Virus record (IMG/VR): IMGVR_UViG_3300025191_000003 | Span: 1-25,149 of that record | DNA length: 25,149 bases | Strand: one strand, 5' to 3' | Source of the DNA: a virus | Taxonomy: Duplodnaviria; Caudoviricetes | In this document: one piece after another, positions 24,523 through 25,149 of the stretch | Numbering within the stretch: position 1 is the first letter of the stretch | Layout: every line of letters begins with the position of its first letter | Notes under the pieces: generated by a model | The model's input: the letters and a program-made list of their open reading frames with translations, nothing else | Databases searched by the model: none | Told to the model about the DNA's origin: nothing | Program-made: the position numbers and the translations under genes

Positions 24523-24953
24523 AAGGTAGAGAGCTTAACAAAACCACAGTAAAGCGACTGGCTATACATGCAGGTTTTAAACTTAAAAATCAAAACGATG
24601 GAAGTGTTGATTTAAACGATTATGTATATGACTTTGCATCGCTTATTCAAATGGCTAGGTTTGGAATAGGTAAAGTTGATATTGAGCCGCCACAACCCTC
24701 AGAAATGAAATGGGATGACTTTTGCGCGGGTTGTACTTGTTCAGAGTCATTACCTATTGGTTGCATTGTTAATCCAGTGGAGTTCGGCGCGGTAAGTGAT
24801 CGACCTGAGCCACCTGAGCCACCTGAGCCACCAAAAGCAAGAGTAGTTAAGAAAGGTGAAAGCTTGCCCTTGCAGATCTTAATGTGCTTTTTGCTTGGCG
24901 CAATCTTTGGAGCCTTGTTTGCTATAGCTTTGTTGTCATGCTTGCCGGTTTAA
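24519..24953 (+). CDS. Hypothetical protein with (PEP)n linker and C-terminal TM
   Basis: N-term LAIHAGFKLKNQNDGSVDLNDYVYDFA; CCTGAGCCA x3 at ~24804-24830. Confidence 0.7.
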   Translation: MKGRELNKTTVKRLAIHAGFKLKNQNDGSVDLNDYVYDFASLIQMARFGIGKVDIEPPQPSEMKWDDFCAGCTCSESLPIGCIVNPVEFGAVSDRPEPPEPPEPPKARVVKKGESLPLQILMCFLLGAIFGALFAIALLSCLPV

Positions 24954-25080
24954 ATAAGTTTATTTTTATACTGTTTTATTATATTAAATGCGCCTTAAAT
25001 AGCATTATGTTATGGTTGGGCGCGTTTTTACGTAAAACGATCGGGCTACAGCCCTTTAAGCATAAGGCGTGCCACAGTGG

Positions 25081-25149
25081 TAAGTTATTGACCCGTCAGG
25101 TTTTTAAGGTACTTTGGGGCTATTTTGAGCCTACGGGTGTTGGCAACCC
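25081..25149 (+). other. Possible cos (packaging) site at the window end
   Basis: AGGTACT (cosQ-like) 18 bp before TACG-GGTGTTGGCAACCC, paralleling lambda GGGTCCT...TTACG-GGGCGGCGACCT; IHF-like TAAGTTATTGA upstream. Confidence 0.45.

Overview
A 25-kb, AT-rich segment of a tailed phage (contractile-tail, P2-like baseplate/fibre genes), probably infecting a marine gammaproteobacterium (host is inference from gene families and composition only). Order: end of baseplate J, tail protein I, two tandem tail fibres sharing one N-terminal anchor (fibre 1 has 31-aa repeats and a collar domain; fibre 2 has an SGNH/acetylesterase-like domain), lysis cassette (holin-like genes, amidase, overlapping spanins), a ~1.6-kb regulatory island (8.1-9.7 kb), an early/replication module (Cro-like HTH, Rha, O-like initiator with iterons, DnaC-like ATPase, NinX), a divergent wHTH + Dam-family methylase pair, RdgC / DEDDh exonuclease / DUF4406 / SSB-like / MazG-like genes, a tyrosine recombinase, small accessory genes, and a cos-like sequence at the window end. 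The most unusual element is at 8.83-9.54 kb: a leftward mRNA for a 62-aa CxxC-x22-CxxC protein whose 5' and 3' UTRs have mutually exclusive pairings reminiscent of hok/type I toxin-antitoxin mRNAs, opposite a divergent ~85-nt sRNA candidate. A shared AAAGTACCCA motif marks four predicted promoters, and a CGCGG..GCCGCACAA element recurs upstream of accessory genes. All family calls are from motif recognition by eye; no searches or folding programs were run.
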